Below are positions 26,541-37,132 of a stretch of 50,400 nt of DNA, piece by piece (the first letter of the stretch is position 1; each line of letters begins with the position of its first letter). The translations under genes and the position numbers were made by a program. The notes beneath the pieces were generated by a model that did no database searches, was not told the origin of the DNA, and saw nothing but the letters and a program-made list of their open reading frames with translations. This DNA comes from an uncultured Mycoplasma sp. (GTDB taxonomy: Bacteria > Bacillota_I > Bacilli_A > RF39 > UBA660): contig CAZCLV010000001.1 of the NCBI GenBank assembly GCA_964499645.1, forward strand, positions 1 through 50,400, read 5' to 3'.

Positions 26541-28100
26541 ATGATGGAATATGATTTTACAACGACTCCTATCGTTGACATAGTTAATAATATCATAATT
26601 GAGGGTGTTACTAGAAATGCAAGTGACATCCATTTTGACCCTGCTGAAAACTATTTAAAAATCAGAATGCGTATTGATGGAGATTTAAGAGATTTTTCCG
26701 TTATTGAAAATAAATATAAAAGAAATTTAATTACAAGAGTTAAACTTCTTGATGGTATGAATATTACTGAATCAGGATTACCACAAGATGGTGCTATTAA
26801 AAGTAATATAAATGGTAAAGATTTAGACTTACGTGTATCCGCCTTGCCTACTAGTTATGGAGAAAAAATAGTTATTCGTATTCTTGATTATTCAATGAGT
26901 TTTGAAGGTATTGAATCATTAGGTTTTACAAAAGAAAACTATGAAGTTATTTTAAATATGTTGGCAAACCCAAATGGAATTATTTTAGTAACTGGTGCTA
27001 CTGGTTCTGGTAAATCTACAACTGTTTATTCAATGTTACAAAGATTAAATCGTGAAGAAACAAATATAATTACTGTAGAAGATCCAGTTGAAATGAATAT
27101 TGAAGGTATTAATCAAATTCAGGTTAATCCAGAAATAGGATTAGACTTTTCTACTGTACTTAGATCTATATTAAGACAAGATCCAAATATAATTCTTATC
27201 GGAGAAATTCGTGATAGTGAAACTGCTAAAATAGCAATACGTGCTTCAATAACTGGACACTTAGTTTTATCTACACTACATACAAATAATTCTTTAACTA
27301 CTATTGAAAGACTTTTAGATATGGATGTTGAAAGATATTTGTTATCTTCATCTTTAAAGGGAATTATTTCTCAAAATCTTGCTAAGAAATTATGTAAAAA
27401 ATGTGCTAAACAAAGACCTACTACTGAGGCAGAAAAAAGAATATTCCAAAAAATATTAAAAACTGATGTTCAAAGTATTTATGAACCTGTTGGTTGTCCT
27501 GAATGTCGTAATGGTTATACTGGAAGAATTGCACTTCAAGAAGTATTATTAATAAATGATGAAGTTAGAGATGCAATAAACGAAAACGTTGCAAGAGCAG
27601 AATTAAAAAAACTTATTTATCAAAAAGGAGTCAAAACTTTATTTCAAGATGGTTTATTAAAGGTAGTTGATGGAACTACTACTATTGAAGAAGTATTTAG
27701 AATAATAGATGCTGAAGCTGATGATGAGACTGATAATGTCTTTGCAAATGATAAATCTGAAATTATAAGTAAAATAAATGCTAAAAAAGAATTAGACAGA
27801 GAAGAAAATAAAACAAAGAGTTATTTTAAAAATGAACAAATTACAGAAAAACCACAAATTGTTATAAAAGAACCTGAAATGGAACAAGAAAAAGTGCCTG
27901 AAAAGGAAGATACTATTATTCCAACAACAAATAATATTGTGAAGCCTACTCCTATTGTTAAAGAAGTAGAAGAAAAAATAAATGTTCCAATAGCAGAACC
28001 AATAATACCAACAAAACCTGTTACAACTACAAATAGTAAACAAGATAGTTATACGGAAGATTTAATTAATTTAATTAATCAAGGATTTTTTGAAGAATAG
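26541..28100 (+). CDS. Type II/IV secretion-family assembly ATPase (ComGA/PilB-like) with a low-complexity C-terminal extension of about 128 aa
   Basis: GATGSGKST Walker A, tetracysteine CKKCAKQ...CPECRNGYTGR, HTNN His box. A Pro/Thr/Glu/Lys/Ile-rich tail is encoded at about 27714-28097. Confidence 0.9.
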   Translation: MMEYDFTTTPIVDIVNNIIIEGVTRNASDIHFDPAENYLKIRMRIDGDLRDFSVIENKYKRNLITRVKLLDGMNITESGLPQDGAIKSNINGKDLDLRVSALPTSYGEKIVIRILDYSMSFEGIESLGFTKENYEVILNMLANPNGIILVTGATGSGKSTTVYSMLQRLNREETNIITVEDPVEMNIEGINQIQVNPEIGLDFSTVLRSILRQDPNIILIGEIRDSETAKIAIRASITGHLVLSTLHTNNSLTTIERLLDMDVERYLLSSSLKGIISQNLAKKLCKKCAKQRPTTEAEKRIFQKILKTDVQSIYEPVGCPECRNGYTGRIALQEVLLINDEVRDAINENVARAELKKLIYQKGVKTLFQDGLLKVVDGTTTIEEVFRIIDAEADDETDNVFANDKSEIISKINAKKELDREENKTKSYFKNEQITEKPQIVIKEPEMEQEKVPEKEDTIIPTTNNIVKPTPIVKEVEEKINVPIAEPIIPTKPVTTTNSKQDSYTEDLINLINQGFFEE

Positions 28101-28106
28101 AATAAA

Positions 28107-28131
28107 AGATACAAAAATTTGTATCTTTTTT
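28107..28131. terminator. Bidirectional terminator between the ATPase gene and priA
   Basis: AGATACAA/TTGTATCT stem flanked by an A run and a T run. Confidence 0.65.
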
Positions 28132-28172
28132 ATATAATTATAAATATTGATAATCCTATAAATTTAATAATT

Positions 28173-30341
28173 TCATAGTTTTATTGGATTAAAATCTATC
28201 TCTAATTTAACCTTCTTATCATTAAAATAGTGTCTTTCTAGTTCTGTTAAGTAATTAATTATATTATTTACTTCTTTATGTTTAATTAGTATTTGAAATC
28301 TATAATTATTATTTATTTTAAATACATTACAGACACTTGGACCAAGAACAATATCTTTTTTTATATTATCTTTTAAATACATACTTACTTTCTTACTTGT
28401 TTCACTTGCTAAATCATAATCTTTTGAAATAATCTTAATTGAACATATATAAAAATATGGAGGATAAGATAATTTTTTTCTTATATTCATTTCTTCATTA
28501 TAGAATCCAATATAATCATGATTTATTGTATATTTGATAGCATAATGATCTGGATTAAATGTTTGAATAATAACTTTTCCTTCTTTTTCTCCTCTTCCAC
28601 TTCTTCCTAATACTTGATTTAATAATTGAAAAGTATTTTCACTACTTCTAAAATCTGGAAAGTTCAAACTTATATCAGCATTTATTACTCCTACTAATGT
28701 AACATTAGGAAAATCTAATCCTTTAGCAATCATTTGCGTTCCAAGTAAAATATTATATTCTTTATTCATAAAAGAATTAATTATTTTTTCATGAGCATTC
28801 TTTGTAGTTGTTGTATCAACATCCATTCTTATAATTTTTGCTCCATCTATTATTTTTTCTAATTCTTCTTGTACCTTTTCTGTTCCTAATCCAAAGTCTT
28901 TAAAATCTTCTCCACATTCAGGACATTTTTCTTTTCTTTTAGTGGCATATCCACAATAATGACATCTTAACATATTAGATGATTTATGATATGTTAAACT
29001 AATATCACAAGAAGGACATTTTTCTGTATAACCACAATTCTTACATGTTAAAAAGTTTGAATATCCTCTCCTATTAAGAAATAAAATAACTTGTTCATTA
29101 TTATTTATTTTCTCTTTTATTGAGTTGATTAAAGAATTTGAAAAGTAACTATTTGCTTTTTTAAATTCTTTATTCATATCTACTATTTCCACTTTAGGAA
29201 GTTTTTGATTATTATATCTAGTATTTAATTCTAAAAGTTTATATACACCTTTTATACTTCTTGCATAAGTTTCAAGTGATGGAGTTGCACTTCCTAGTAT
29301 TAAGGGACAATTATGATATTTACATCTTTCTTTTGCTATATCTAAAGCATGATATCTAGGATTATTCTCTTGTTTATAAGTACTTGAATGTTCTTCATCA
29401 ATAATAATTGCACCGATGTTTTCCAATGGCGCAAATATAGCACTTCTTGCCCCTATTACAATATCTACTTTATTTTCTTTTATTTTACGCCATTCATCAT
29501 ATTTTTCTCCATCTGATAAACCACTATGAAGAACTGCTATTTTAGAAAATTTTGAAGTAAATCTTTTTATTATTTGAGGTGTTAAAGATATTTCTGGTAC
29601 TAAAAGAATACACTTTTTTCCTAGTTTAATTACTTCTTCAATTACCTTCATGTAAACATTAGTTTTACCGCTACCAGTAACACCATGTATTAAATATGTT
29701 TTATTTGTATCTAAATTATTCTTTATTTCTAAAAATACTTTTTCTTGTTCTTCATTAAGAGTAAAATCTTTATAATTATCATATTCTAGATTATATCTAT
29801 AATGTTCTTTTTGTTCTTCTTTTATTATATTTTTTGTTAATAAAGTTTTTACACTACTAGAAGATATTTTATTTAATTCTTCTTTTAAAATAATTTTATT
29901 TTCTTTTAATAAATTAATGATCTTTTCTTGTGTTTCATTTAATTTAATAGTACTTAAATCTATTTCTTTATTTATAGTAATATATTTGTCATAAAGAATA
30001 TTCATGTTTATTTTATTTTTGGCTTTTAATGCCTTAGGTAACATTGCTTGGTATGATGTCATTAAACTTGATAAGGTTGTTTTGCTAATATATTCTCCTA
30101 AGTTTAATAATTCATTATTTAAAATTGGATATGTATCCACAAGTGATATAATTTCTTTTAAATCTTTTTCATTATTATATTGTCTCACACTTAAAACAAA
30201 TCCCTCAAGAATTTGTTTTCCAAAAGGGACTGTTACACGCATACCAACTTTAATTTTATTTTCATGTTCTTTTTTGATTTTATACGTAAATGTTTTATCA
30301 ATAAAAACATGAGCTAATTCAACCAAACAATCGCAAATCAT
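28173..30341 (-). CDS. priA: Primosomal protein N' (replication restart helicase PriA)
   Basis: GVTGSGKT, DEEH, and the Cys-rich zinc region CKNCGY...CPSC...CHYCGY...CPECG. Confidence 0.95.
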   Translation of the reverse strand: MICDCLVELAHVFIDKTFTYKIKKEHENKIKVGMRVTVPFGKQILEGFVLSVRQYNNEKDLKEIISLVDTYPILNNELLNLGEYISKTTLSSLMTSYQAMLPKALKAKNKINMNILYDKYITINKEIDLSTIKLNETQEKIINLLKENKIILKEELNKISSSSVKTLLTKNIIKEEQKEHYRYNLEYDNYKDFTLNEEQEKVFLEIKNNLDTNKTYLIHGVTGSGKTNVYMKVIEEVIKLGKKCILLVPEISLTPQIIKRFTSKFSKIAVLHSGLSDGEKYDEWRKIKENKVDIVIGARSAIFAPLENIGAIIIDEEHSSTYKQENNPRYHALDIAKERCKYHNCPLILGSATPSLETYARSIKGVYKLLELNTRYNNQKLPKVEIVDMNKEFKKANSYFSNSLINSIKEKINNNEQVILFLNRRGYSNFLTCKNCGYTEKCPSCDISLTYHKSSNMLRCHYCGYATKRKEKCPECGEDFKDFGLGTEKVQEELEKIIDGAKIIRMDVDTTTTKNAHEKIINSFMNKEYNILLGTQMIAKGLDFPNVTLVGVINADISLNFPDFRSSENTFQLLNQVLGRSGRGEKEGKVIIQTFNPDHYAIKYTINHDYIGFYNEEMNIRKKLSYPPYFYICSIKIISKDYDLASETSKKVSMYLKDNIKKDIVLGPSVCNVFKINNNYRFQILIKHKEVNNIINYLTELERHYFNDKKVKLEIDFNPIKL

Positions 30342-30342
30342 G

Positions 30343-31182
30343 TTACTCCTTTTTTAAAATTGCCATTAATTCATCATGTAAGTCTTCTCTTTTTAAACCT
30401 AATTCTAAATTGGCTCTTATATATTGAACTTTGTTACCAATATCATAATAAGTTCCTTTTATATTACAAACATAGAAACTTTCTCGTTGCATTAAAATAC
30501 TCATAGCATCAGTAAATTGATATTCTCCGCCTTTACTGGCTTTTAAAGTATCTAAAACATTAAATATATTTTTTGAAACAACATATCTTCCTAAACCTGC
30601 TAAAGTAGAAGGTGCTTCTTCTAGGCTTGGCTTTTCAACAATTTTGTTTATTTTGCCATTGTAATCAACATCTAAAATGCCATATCTAGAAACATTTTCT
30701 TTTGGTACATCCAATGCTCCAATAACATTACAATTTTTAGTTTTATTAACATCTAATAATTGCTTCAAAGTAGGAATATCTGAATCCATTAAATCATCAC
30801 CATATAAAACAGCAAAATAATCATCATCAATTAATTCTTTAGCTAATCCTATAGCATGTCCACTACCTCTTGCTTCTTCTTGAATAATATAATGAAACTT
30901 TATCTTAGAAATTATTTCATTTAGTTCATTTAGACTAGTTTTCTTTTCAGCACTTAATTTTTGTTCATAAGAATTATTACTAGAAAAATAGTCTTTAATT
31001 TCTGGCTTTAAAGGACTAGTAATAAAAATAATTTCTTCAATCCCACTTAAATAACATTCCTTAATAATATAATGAATAGCCGGAATATCAATTATTGGTA
31101 ACATCTCCTTAGGCACACTTTTAGTAACAGGTAAAAATCTTGTTCCCAATCCTGCTACAGGAATAACAGCTTTTCTTATCAT
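30343..31182 (-). CDS. galU: UTP--glucose-1-phosphate uridylyltransferase
   Basis: KAVIPVAGLGTRFLPVTKSVPKEMLPI N-terminus. Confidence 0.9.
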   Translation of the reverse strand: MIRKAVIPVAGLGTRFLPVTKSVPKEMLPIIDIPAIHYIIKECYLSGIEEIIFITSPLKPEIKDYFSSNNSYEQKLSAEKKTSLNELNEIISKIKFHYIIQEEARGSGHAIGLAKELIDDDYFAVLYGDDLMDSDIPTLKQLLDVNKTKNCNVIGALDVPKENVSRYGILDVDYNGKINKIVEKPSLEEAPSTLAGLGRYVVSKNIFNVLDTLKASKGGEYQFTDAMSILMQRESFYVCNIKGTYYDIGNKVQYIRANLELGLKREDLHDELMAILKKE

Positions 31183-31196
31183 AATAGTCTCCTTTT

Positions 31197-33284
31197 CTAA
31201 TCAATCTTTTTTATACTTTTGTGATTCTTTAAAAATTGTTTTATTCCTATGTTCTTATTAAATGCTATTGATATAATATCTTTATTTATAGCAATAACTA
31301 CTCCGATTCCAAACTTTTCATGAGAAACCTTATCACCATAAGAATAATCTACATCTTCAGTATATATATTTTTTTCTTTTTTGACAACTTTTTTATCATT
31401 TAAATTTTCAAATTCTATTAAATTTTCATCTATTTCATTAATAAACCTACTTGGAATATTAGCAGTTTCTTGTCCATATAACATTCTTTTTTTAGCATTT
31501 GTTAAGTATAATTTTTCTTTTGCTCTTGTTATTGCTACATACATTAATCTTCTTTCTTCTTCAAGTTCATCATTACTATCCATAGAATTACGATGTGGCA
31601 TTATTCCTTCTTCTAACCCTACTAGGAATATATAAGGAAATTCTAATCCTTTTACTGAATGTATAGTCATTAATGTTATACGATTAGGATCATCTTTATA
31701 ATCTTCAGCATCACTAACTAAAGATACTTCAAGTAGGAACTCTTCTAAAGAAATTAATCCCACTCTTTCTTCAAATCCTTTTGTTATAGATTTAAATTCT
31801 TCTAAGTTTTCAAGTCTTATATCAGCTTCTAAAGTTTTCTCTTGTTTTAAAGCTTCTCTCATACCACTTTTATCTAATACTAAATCTATTAGTTCTGTTA
31901 AAGTTACTTCATTTTGTTTAGTTTGTAAATCTAAAATAATATTTTTAAATTCTAATTCTTTTCCACTTTTTATTGTGTCAAATAAACTAGAATTATATAT
32001 TGAAGCTTCTTGTTCTAAATTTGAAATTGATTTTAATCCTATTCCTCTTTTTGGAGTATTAATTGCCCTAAGTAGACTTATATCATCATTAGGATTGTGT
32101 ATTAATCTTAAATATGCTAATAGATCTTTTATTTCTTTTCTTGAATAGAAATAAAAACTTCCTATAATTCTAAATGGAATATTTTGTTTTAATAATTCTT
32201 CTTCAAATACACGTGATTGAGCATTAGTACGATAAAGAATTGTAATATCAGAAAATGAAACATTTTTTTCAATTAAATCTTTTATTTTTCTAATACAATA
32301 AAATACTTCATCTATTTCATCATATGAACGATAATAGTTAATTTTCTCTCCTTGTTCTTTTTCACTCCATAAATTTTTTTTCTTACCAGTTTCATTATGT
32401 TTAATAACTTCATTAGCTGCTTCAAGAATTGTTTTAGTAGAACGATAGTTTTGTTCTAAATATATTGTTTTGCAATCTTTATAATCTTTTTCGAAATTTA
32501 AAATATTTTTGTAATCAGAACCACGGAAGAGATAGATAGCTTGAAAATCATCACCTACCACGCATAAATTCTTATATTTGGCACTTATCATTTTTACAAG
32601 TAAATATTGTGCTCTATTAGTATCTTGATACTCATCTATTAAAATATATTTAAATCTTTCTTGATATTTTTGTAAAATACTAGGATTTTCATTAAATAAT
32701 TTGATTGGTAATATTAATAAATCATCAAAGTCTACTGAATTATTTTTAAATAAAATCTCTTGATATTTTTTATAGACTTTATATATTACATCATCCTCTT
32801 CACTATGAACAAATTTTTTATATTCATCTGACATAATAAATTCATTCTTTGATGAAGATATTTTATTTTTTATCATATATGGACTAAATGTTTTAGGATC
32901 GTAATTTAAATCTTTTAATATTTTTTTTATTAGTGTTAAAGTATCATCACTATCCATAATATTAAAGTTAGATAAATATCCTAAAGCTTCATAGTTTTCT
33001 CTTAATATTCTTACACCAAAAGAATGGAAAGTTGACGCTATTAAACTTGTTTTTCCAATTAAATTTTCTATTCTTACTTTCATTTCCTTTGCTGCTTTAT
33101 TAGTAAAAGTAATTGCTAATATATTATAAGGGTTTATATTGTGTTCTTTTATAAGATAAGCAATTCTAGTAGTTAAAACTCTCGTTTTTCCTGAACCTGC
33201 TCCTGCTAATATTAAAAGTGGTCCATCTTTATGTAAAACTGCTTCTTTTTGTTCTTTATTTAATCCATCTAGCATATTTATCAC
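31197..33284 (-). CDS. pcrA: ATP-dependent DNA helicase PcrA/UvrD
   Basis: LNKEQKEAV...AGAGSGKTRVLT, DEYQDTN, and a C-terminal Tudor-like tail. Confidence 0.95.
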   Translation of the reverse strand: MINMLDGLNKEQKEAVLHKDGPLLILAGAGSGKTRVLTTRIAYLIKEHNINPYNILAITFTNKAAKEMKVRIENLIGKTSLIASTFHSFGVRILRENYEALGYLSNFNIMDSDDTLTLIKKILKDLNYDPKTFSPYMIKNKISSSKNEFIMSDEYKKFVHSEEDDVIYKVYKKYQEILFKNNSVDFDDLLILPIKLFNENPSILQKYQERFKYILIDEYQDTNRAQYLLVKMISAKYKNLCVVGDDFQAIYLFRGSDYKNILNFEKDYKDCKTIYLEQNYRSTKTILEAANEVIKHNETGKKKNLWSEKEQGEKINYYRSYDEIDEVFYCIRKIKDLIEKNVSFSDITILYRTNAQSRVFEEELLKQNIPFRIIGSFYFYSRKEIKDLLAYLRLIHNPNDDISLLRAINTPKRGIGLKSISNLEQEASIYNSSLFDTIKSGKELEFKNIILDLQTKQNEVTLTELIDLVLDKSGMREALKQEKTLEADIRLENLEEFKSITKGFEERVGLISLEEFLLEVSLVSDAEDYKDDPNRITLMTIHSVKGLEFPYIFLVGLEEGIMPHRNSMDSNDELEEERRLMYVAITRAKEKLYLTNAKKRMLYGQETANIPSRFINEIDENLIEFENLNDKKVVKKEKNIYTEDVDYSYGDKVSHEKFGIGVVIAINKDIISIAFNKNIGIKQFLKNHKSIKKID

Positions 33285-33352
33285 CTAATATAATTATACA
33301 TTATAAACACATATTAACCAATTCAATTAGATACTTTTTGTTATTTTTTTAC

Positions 33353-33381
33353 AAAAAAAGATAGATTTAAATAATCTATCT
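33353..33381 (-). terminator. Intrinsic terminator of the SASP gene
   Basis: AGATAGATT/AATCTATCT stem followed by a U run on the minus strand. Confidence 0.7.
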
Positions 33382-33395
33382 TTCATATATTTTAA

Positions 33396-33602
33396 TTATT
33401 TTGATTGAGAACTATAACTACCCATTTGTCCTAAACCTTTTTCTACTAAACGTTTAGTAATTTCTCCACCAACTGAACCGTTAGCTCTAGCAGTTGTATC
33501 TGGTCCTAAAGTAACACCAAATTCTCTAGCTATTTCATATTTCATTGATTCAATAGCTTGTTTAGCTCCTGGAACAACTAATTTTCTATTTTGATTATTC
33601 AC
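33396..33602 (-). CDS. Small acid-soluble spore protein, alpha/beta type
   Basis: [23 protein letters not shown]...[12 protein letters not shown] conserved SASP blocks. GTG start 8 nt after GGAGGTG. Confidence 0.9.
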   Translation of the reverse strand: MNNQNRKLVVPGAKQAIESMKYEIAREFGVTLGPDTTARANGSVGGEITKRLVEKGLGQMGSYSSQSK

Positions 33603-33626
33603 GAGTATTCACCTCCTATACATTTA

Positions 33627-33655
33627 TAGAATGTGAATTTCTGACAATTTTATAC
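33627..33655 (-). promoter_or_regulatory. Forespore sigma-G-like promoter upstream of the SASP gene
   Basis: Minus strand GTATA, 17-nt spacer, CATTCTA (matches the GnATA / CATnnTA pattern). Confidence 0.55.
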
Positions 33656-33679
33656 ATTTCTAGAGTTGGTAATTAATGC

Positions 33680-34861
33680 CTATAATAATTCATTTATTTC
33701 TTCTTTTTTATCTATTCTAATTGTATTTATATTTTGCATTATTTCATCTATCATATTATCATAATTAATTAATGATTCGTATAAAATACATTTATCTAAT
33801 TTAGGATTTATAACTGGATGTCTTGGAACAAATATTGTACAACAATCTTCATATGGTAATATACTTGTTTCATAAGTATCTATTTTTTTAGCAATATCAA
33901 TTATTTCTAATTTATCCATACATGCAACTGGTCTAATTACTGGTATTTTAACTACTTCATTAATAACACTCATACTATGAAGTGTTTGACTAGCTACTTG
34001 ACCAATACTTTCTCCATTTACTAAAACAACATCATTATTCTTATTTGCAACTTTTTCACTTATGCGATACATCATTCTTCTTAATATGGTTATCATATAA
34101 GTAGGTTCTATATTTTTATATATTTCTTCTTGTAATTTTGTAATTGGAATAATATGTAGATCAAAAGATCCACAATAATCTAAAAGTTTTTTTGCTAAAT
34201 CAATTACTTTTTGTCTAGCATTTAAACTTGTATGAGGAAGTGCTTCAAAATATATTGCATCTATTTTTATTCCTCTTTTTAAAGTAAGATATCCTGCTAC
34301 TGGAGAATCAATTCCACCACTTAACATAAGTAATGCTTTTCCACCTACTCCAACTGGATATCCACCTAATCCTTTTATATCATTAAAATAAATATAAGTA
34401 TCTAAATCATTTATTTCTATATTAATATATACTTCTGGATTATGAACATCTACTTTTATATCATTAATATTTTCTAATACAAATGAACCAATTTGTTTAT
34501 TATAATCCATACTACAAATAGGAAAGTTTTTATCACGACGATTAGTATTAACTTTAAAAGTTTTAAAATTAATTTCTTTTAATCTTTTTAAAATTTCTTG
34601 TTTTATATCGTCATTATTAGTATTAACTTTATATGCTAAATTAAACGCATGAATTCCAAAAGTATTATTTAAAACTTTTAAAACTTGATCTATATCTTTT
34701 TCATCTACTTCTATATACATACGGCAATGTTCTTTTATAATTTTTATATCAAATTTTTTTAGTTTTTCATATAAATTATTATATAAAGTATTTATAAACA
34801 TTTTACGATTATCTTTTTTTGTAGTTAGTTCTCCATATTTTATTAATATTATATTTTTCAT
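33680..34861 (-). CDS. thiI: tRNA 4-thiouridine synthase ThiI
   Basis: THUMP-type N-terminus and PP-loop SGGIDSPVA. Confidence 0.9.
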   Translation of the reverse strand: MKNIILIKYGELTTKKDNRKMFINTLYNNLYEKLKKFDIKIIKEHCRMYIEVDEKDIDQVLKVLNNTFGIHAFNLAYKVNTNNDDIKQEILKRLKEINFKTFKVNTNRRDKNFPICSMDYNKQIGSFVLENINDIKVDVHNPEVYINIEINDLDTYIYFNDIKGLGGYPVGVGGKALLMLSGGIDSPVAGYLTLKRGIKIDAIYFEALPHTSLNARQKVIDLAKKLLDYCGSFDLHIIPITKLQEEIYKNIEPTYMITILRRMMYRISEKVANKNNDVVLVNGESIGQVASQTLHSMSVINEVVKIPVIRPVACMDKLEIIDIAKKIDTYETSILPYEDCCTIFVPRHPVINPKLDKCILYESLINYDNMIDEIMQNINTIRIDKKEEINELL

Positions 34862-34926
34862 ATAATCACTCCGAAAACATTATAGCATTTAAAAATTTAA
34901 TTGTAAATTTAAAAATCCAATCTATA

Positions 34927-34955
34927 TTGTATTTACATGGTAGAAAATGTATAAT
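34927..34955 (+). promoter_or_regulatory. Sigma-A-type promoter for the SPFH gene
   Basis: TTGTAT, 17-nt spacer, TATAAT, then a GGAG SD before ATG 34977. Confidence 0.55.
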
Positions 34956-34976
34956 ATTAATTAGAAAGGAGTAATT

Positions 34977-35726
34977 ATGAAATATGTAATTTTAGGAATA
35001 ATTGCTATTATTGTATTGAGTTCTATTAAGCAAGTTAACGAGTATGAAAGAGGTATTAAGTTTAGATTTGGTAAATTTGCAAAAATAATGAAACCAGGAT
35101 GGAAATTAGTATTACCAATTTTTGAATCTTACAAAAAAGTTGATATTAGAACTAAAGCAGTTGATGTTCCTGAACAAGATGCTATAACAAAAGATAATGT
35201 TTCCATTAAAATTAACGCTGTAATATATTATAAAGTATTTGATGCTGCTAAAGCTATTATTGCAGTTGAAAACTTTTATTATGCTGTTAGTCAATTGGCA
35301 CAAACTACAATGAGAAATATTGTTGGTTCTGTTACTTTAGATGAATTATTAACTGATAGAGAAACTATTTCTAGTAAAATATGTGAAGTAATTGATAAAG
35401 CAACTGATCCTTGGGGAATTAAAGTTGAAAATGTTGAATTGAAAGATGTTTCACTTCCTGAAGAAATGAAAAGAGTTATTGCAAAAGTTGCTGAAGCAGA
35501 AAGAGAAAAAGCTGCTGTTATAACAAAAGCTGCTGGTGAAGTTGAAGCTTCAGATAATTTAGCAAAAGCTGCTAAAAAGATGAGTGAAACTCCTGGTGCT
35601 TTGCATTTAAGAACACTTGCTACTTTAAATGATTTAAGTAGTGATCAATCAAATACAGTAATATTTGCATTACCAGTAGAAGTATTAAGAGCATTTGAAC
35701 AAATTGGAAATAAAGACAAAAAATAA
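34977..35726 (+). CDS. SPFH/Band-7 (stomatin/prohibitin-like) membrane protein
   Basis: N-terminal TM followed by EYERGIKFRFGK and a coiled AEAEREKAA region. Confidence 0.85.
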   Translation: MKYVILGIIAIIVLSSIKQVNEYERGIKFRFGKFAKIMKPGWKLVLPIFESYKKVDIRTKAVDVPEQDAITKDNVSIKINAVIYYKVFDAAKAIIAVENFYYAVSQLAQTTMRNIVGSVTLDELLTDRETISSKICEVIDKATDPWGIKVENVELKDVSLPEEMKRVIAKVAEAEREKAAVITKAAGEVEASDNLAKAAKKMSETPGALHLRTLATLNDLSSDQSNTVIFALPVEVLRAFEQIGNKDKK

Positions 35727-35752
35727 AGAACTCATTGTTCTTTATTTTTTTA

Positions 35753-37012
35753 TTAATTATTTTCTTTTAAGAAATCTATTACTTTCTTAACTTCTAGTTC
35801 ATATTTCATTGATTCAATTCCACCAATTGCATTTAAGAATTCTTCTGGGTTCATATTATATTGAGCAGCAGTTTTTTTAGCATTTTCATCTATTTCTTCT
35901 TCTGTTACAGTAATATTTTCTATTCTTTGAATTTCTTCAAGAATAAATCTATACTCAATATGAGTTTTTGCTTCTTCTTTCATTTGGTTTTTTAAATCTT
36001 CTTCTTTTGTTTTTGTCATTTCATAATATACATCTAATGAAACACCTTGCATTTGTAATTGTTCACCAAATCTGTGTACCATATGTTCAACTTCATGATT
36101 GATTAAATCTTCTGGAATATCTATTGTTGTAGTTTTTGCTATTTCTTTTAATAAATCATCAACATATTTATTTTCAACATCTATTTCTTTTGATGACATT
36201 AAATTTTCTTTTATTTCTTTTTCTAGCCCTTCTTTATCTTTAACATCTGCCATTCCTAAATCTTCAAAGAAATCTTTATCAAGTTTTCTTTCTAATTTTT
36301 CTTTTATTTCAGTAACTTTTACTTTAAATGTTACTTCTTGCCCACTTAATTCTGGTGCTGCATATTCTTTTGGAAAAGTTACTTGTATATCCTTTTCTTC
36401 TCCTTTTGCCATACCAATTATTTGATCTTCAAATCCAGGAATAAAAGTATTACTTCCTATTTCTAATGAATAGTTTTCTGCTTTGCCACCATCAAATGCT
36501 ACACCTTTATTAAATCCTTCAAAGTTAATAATAGCTATGTTTCCTAGTTCAACATTACCTTTTTCTTTAATAGTAAGTTCACTATATTTTTTTAACATAT
36601 TTTCTATTTCAGCATTTATTTCTTCTTTAGTTACTTTTACTTCTTCTTTAGTTACTTTTAATCCTTTATATTTTTTAATTTTTACTTCAGGTCTAGTAGT
36701 AATTACAAAAGTAAAGATACAACCATTTTCGTTTATTTCTTTTAAATCAATTTTTGGTTCAACGATTGGTTCATATTTTCCTTCATCAAGTGCTTTTTTA
36801 TATGCTTCTGGTAATAAAATATCTACTGCATCCATATATAAAGATTGTTTACCAAATTTTTTTACATAAACATCAAAAGGTACTTTTCCCTTTCTAAATC
36901 CATCTACTTTTACTTCATTTACTTTTTTATCAAATGCTTTTTTAATAGCATCTTCAAAATCATTTTTTTCTACTTTGATTTCTACATCAAATACATTTTT
37001 GTTTTTTTCCAT
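35753..37012 (-). CDS. tig: Trigger factor
   Basis: GFRKGKVP ribosome-binding signature, central FKBP-like PPIase region, about 420 aa. Confidence 0.95.
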   Translation of the reverse strand: MEKNKNVFDVEIKVEKNDFEDAIKKAFDKKVNEVKVDGFRKGKVPFDVYVKKFGKQSLYMDAVDILLPEAYKKALDEGKYEPIVEPKIDLKEINENGCIFTFVITTRPEVKIKKYKGLKVTKEEVKVTKEEINAEIENMLKKYSELTIKEKGNVELGNIAIINFEGFNKGVAFDGGKAENYSLEIGSNTFIPGFEDQIIGMAKGEEKDIQVTFPKEYAAPELSGQEVTFKVKVTEIKEKLERKLDKDFFEDLGMADVKDKEGLEKEIKENLMSSKEIDVENKYVDDLLKEIAKTTTIDIPEDLINHEVEHMVHRFGEQLQMQGVSLDVYYEMTKTKEEDLKNQMKEEAKTHIEYRFILEEIQRIENITVTEEEIDENAKKTAAQYNMNPEEFLNAIGGIESMKYELEVKKVIDFLKENN

Positions 37013-37132
37013 ATTAATTTCTCCTTCGTCTTTTAATATTATATCTTATTAGCTAAATTAGAGCAAGTGTTTATTTAACTTAAATAGTCTATGCTATAAC
37101 ATTTAATGCTTTAAAAAAAATCTATAAAGTTG

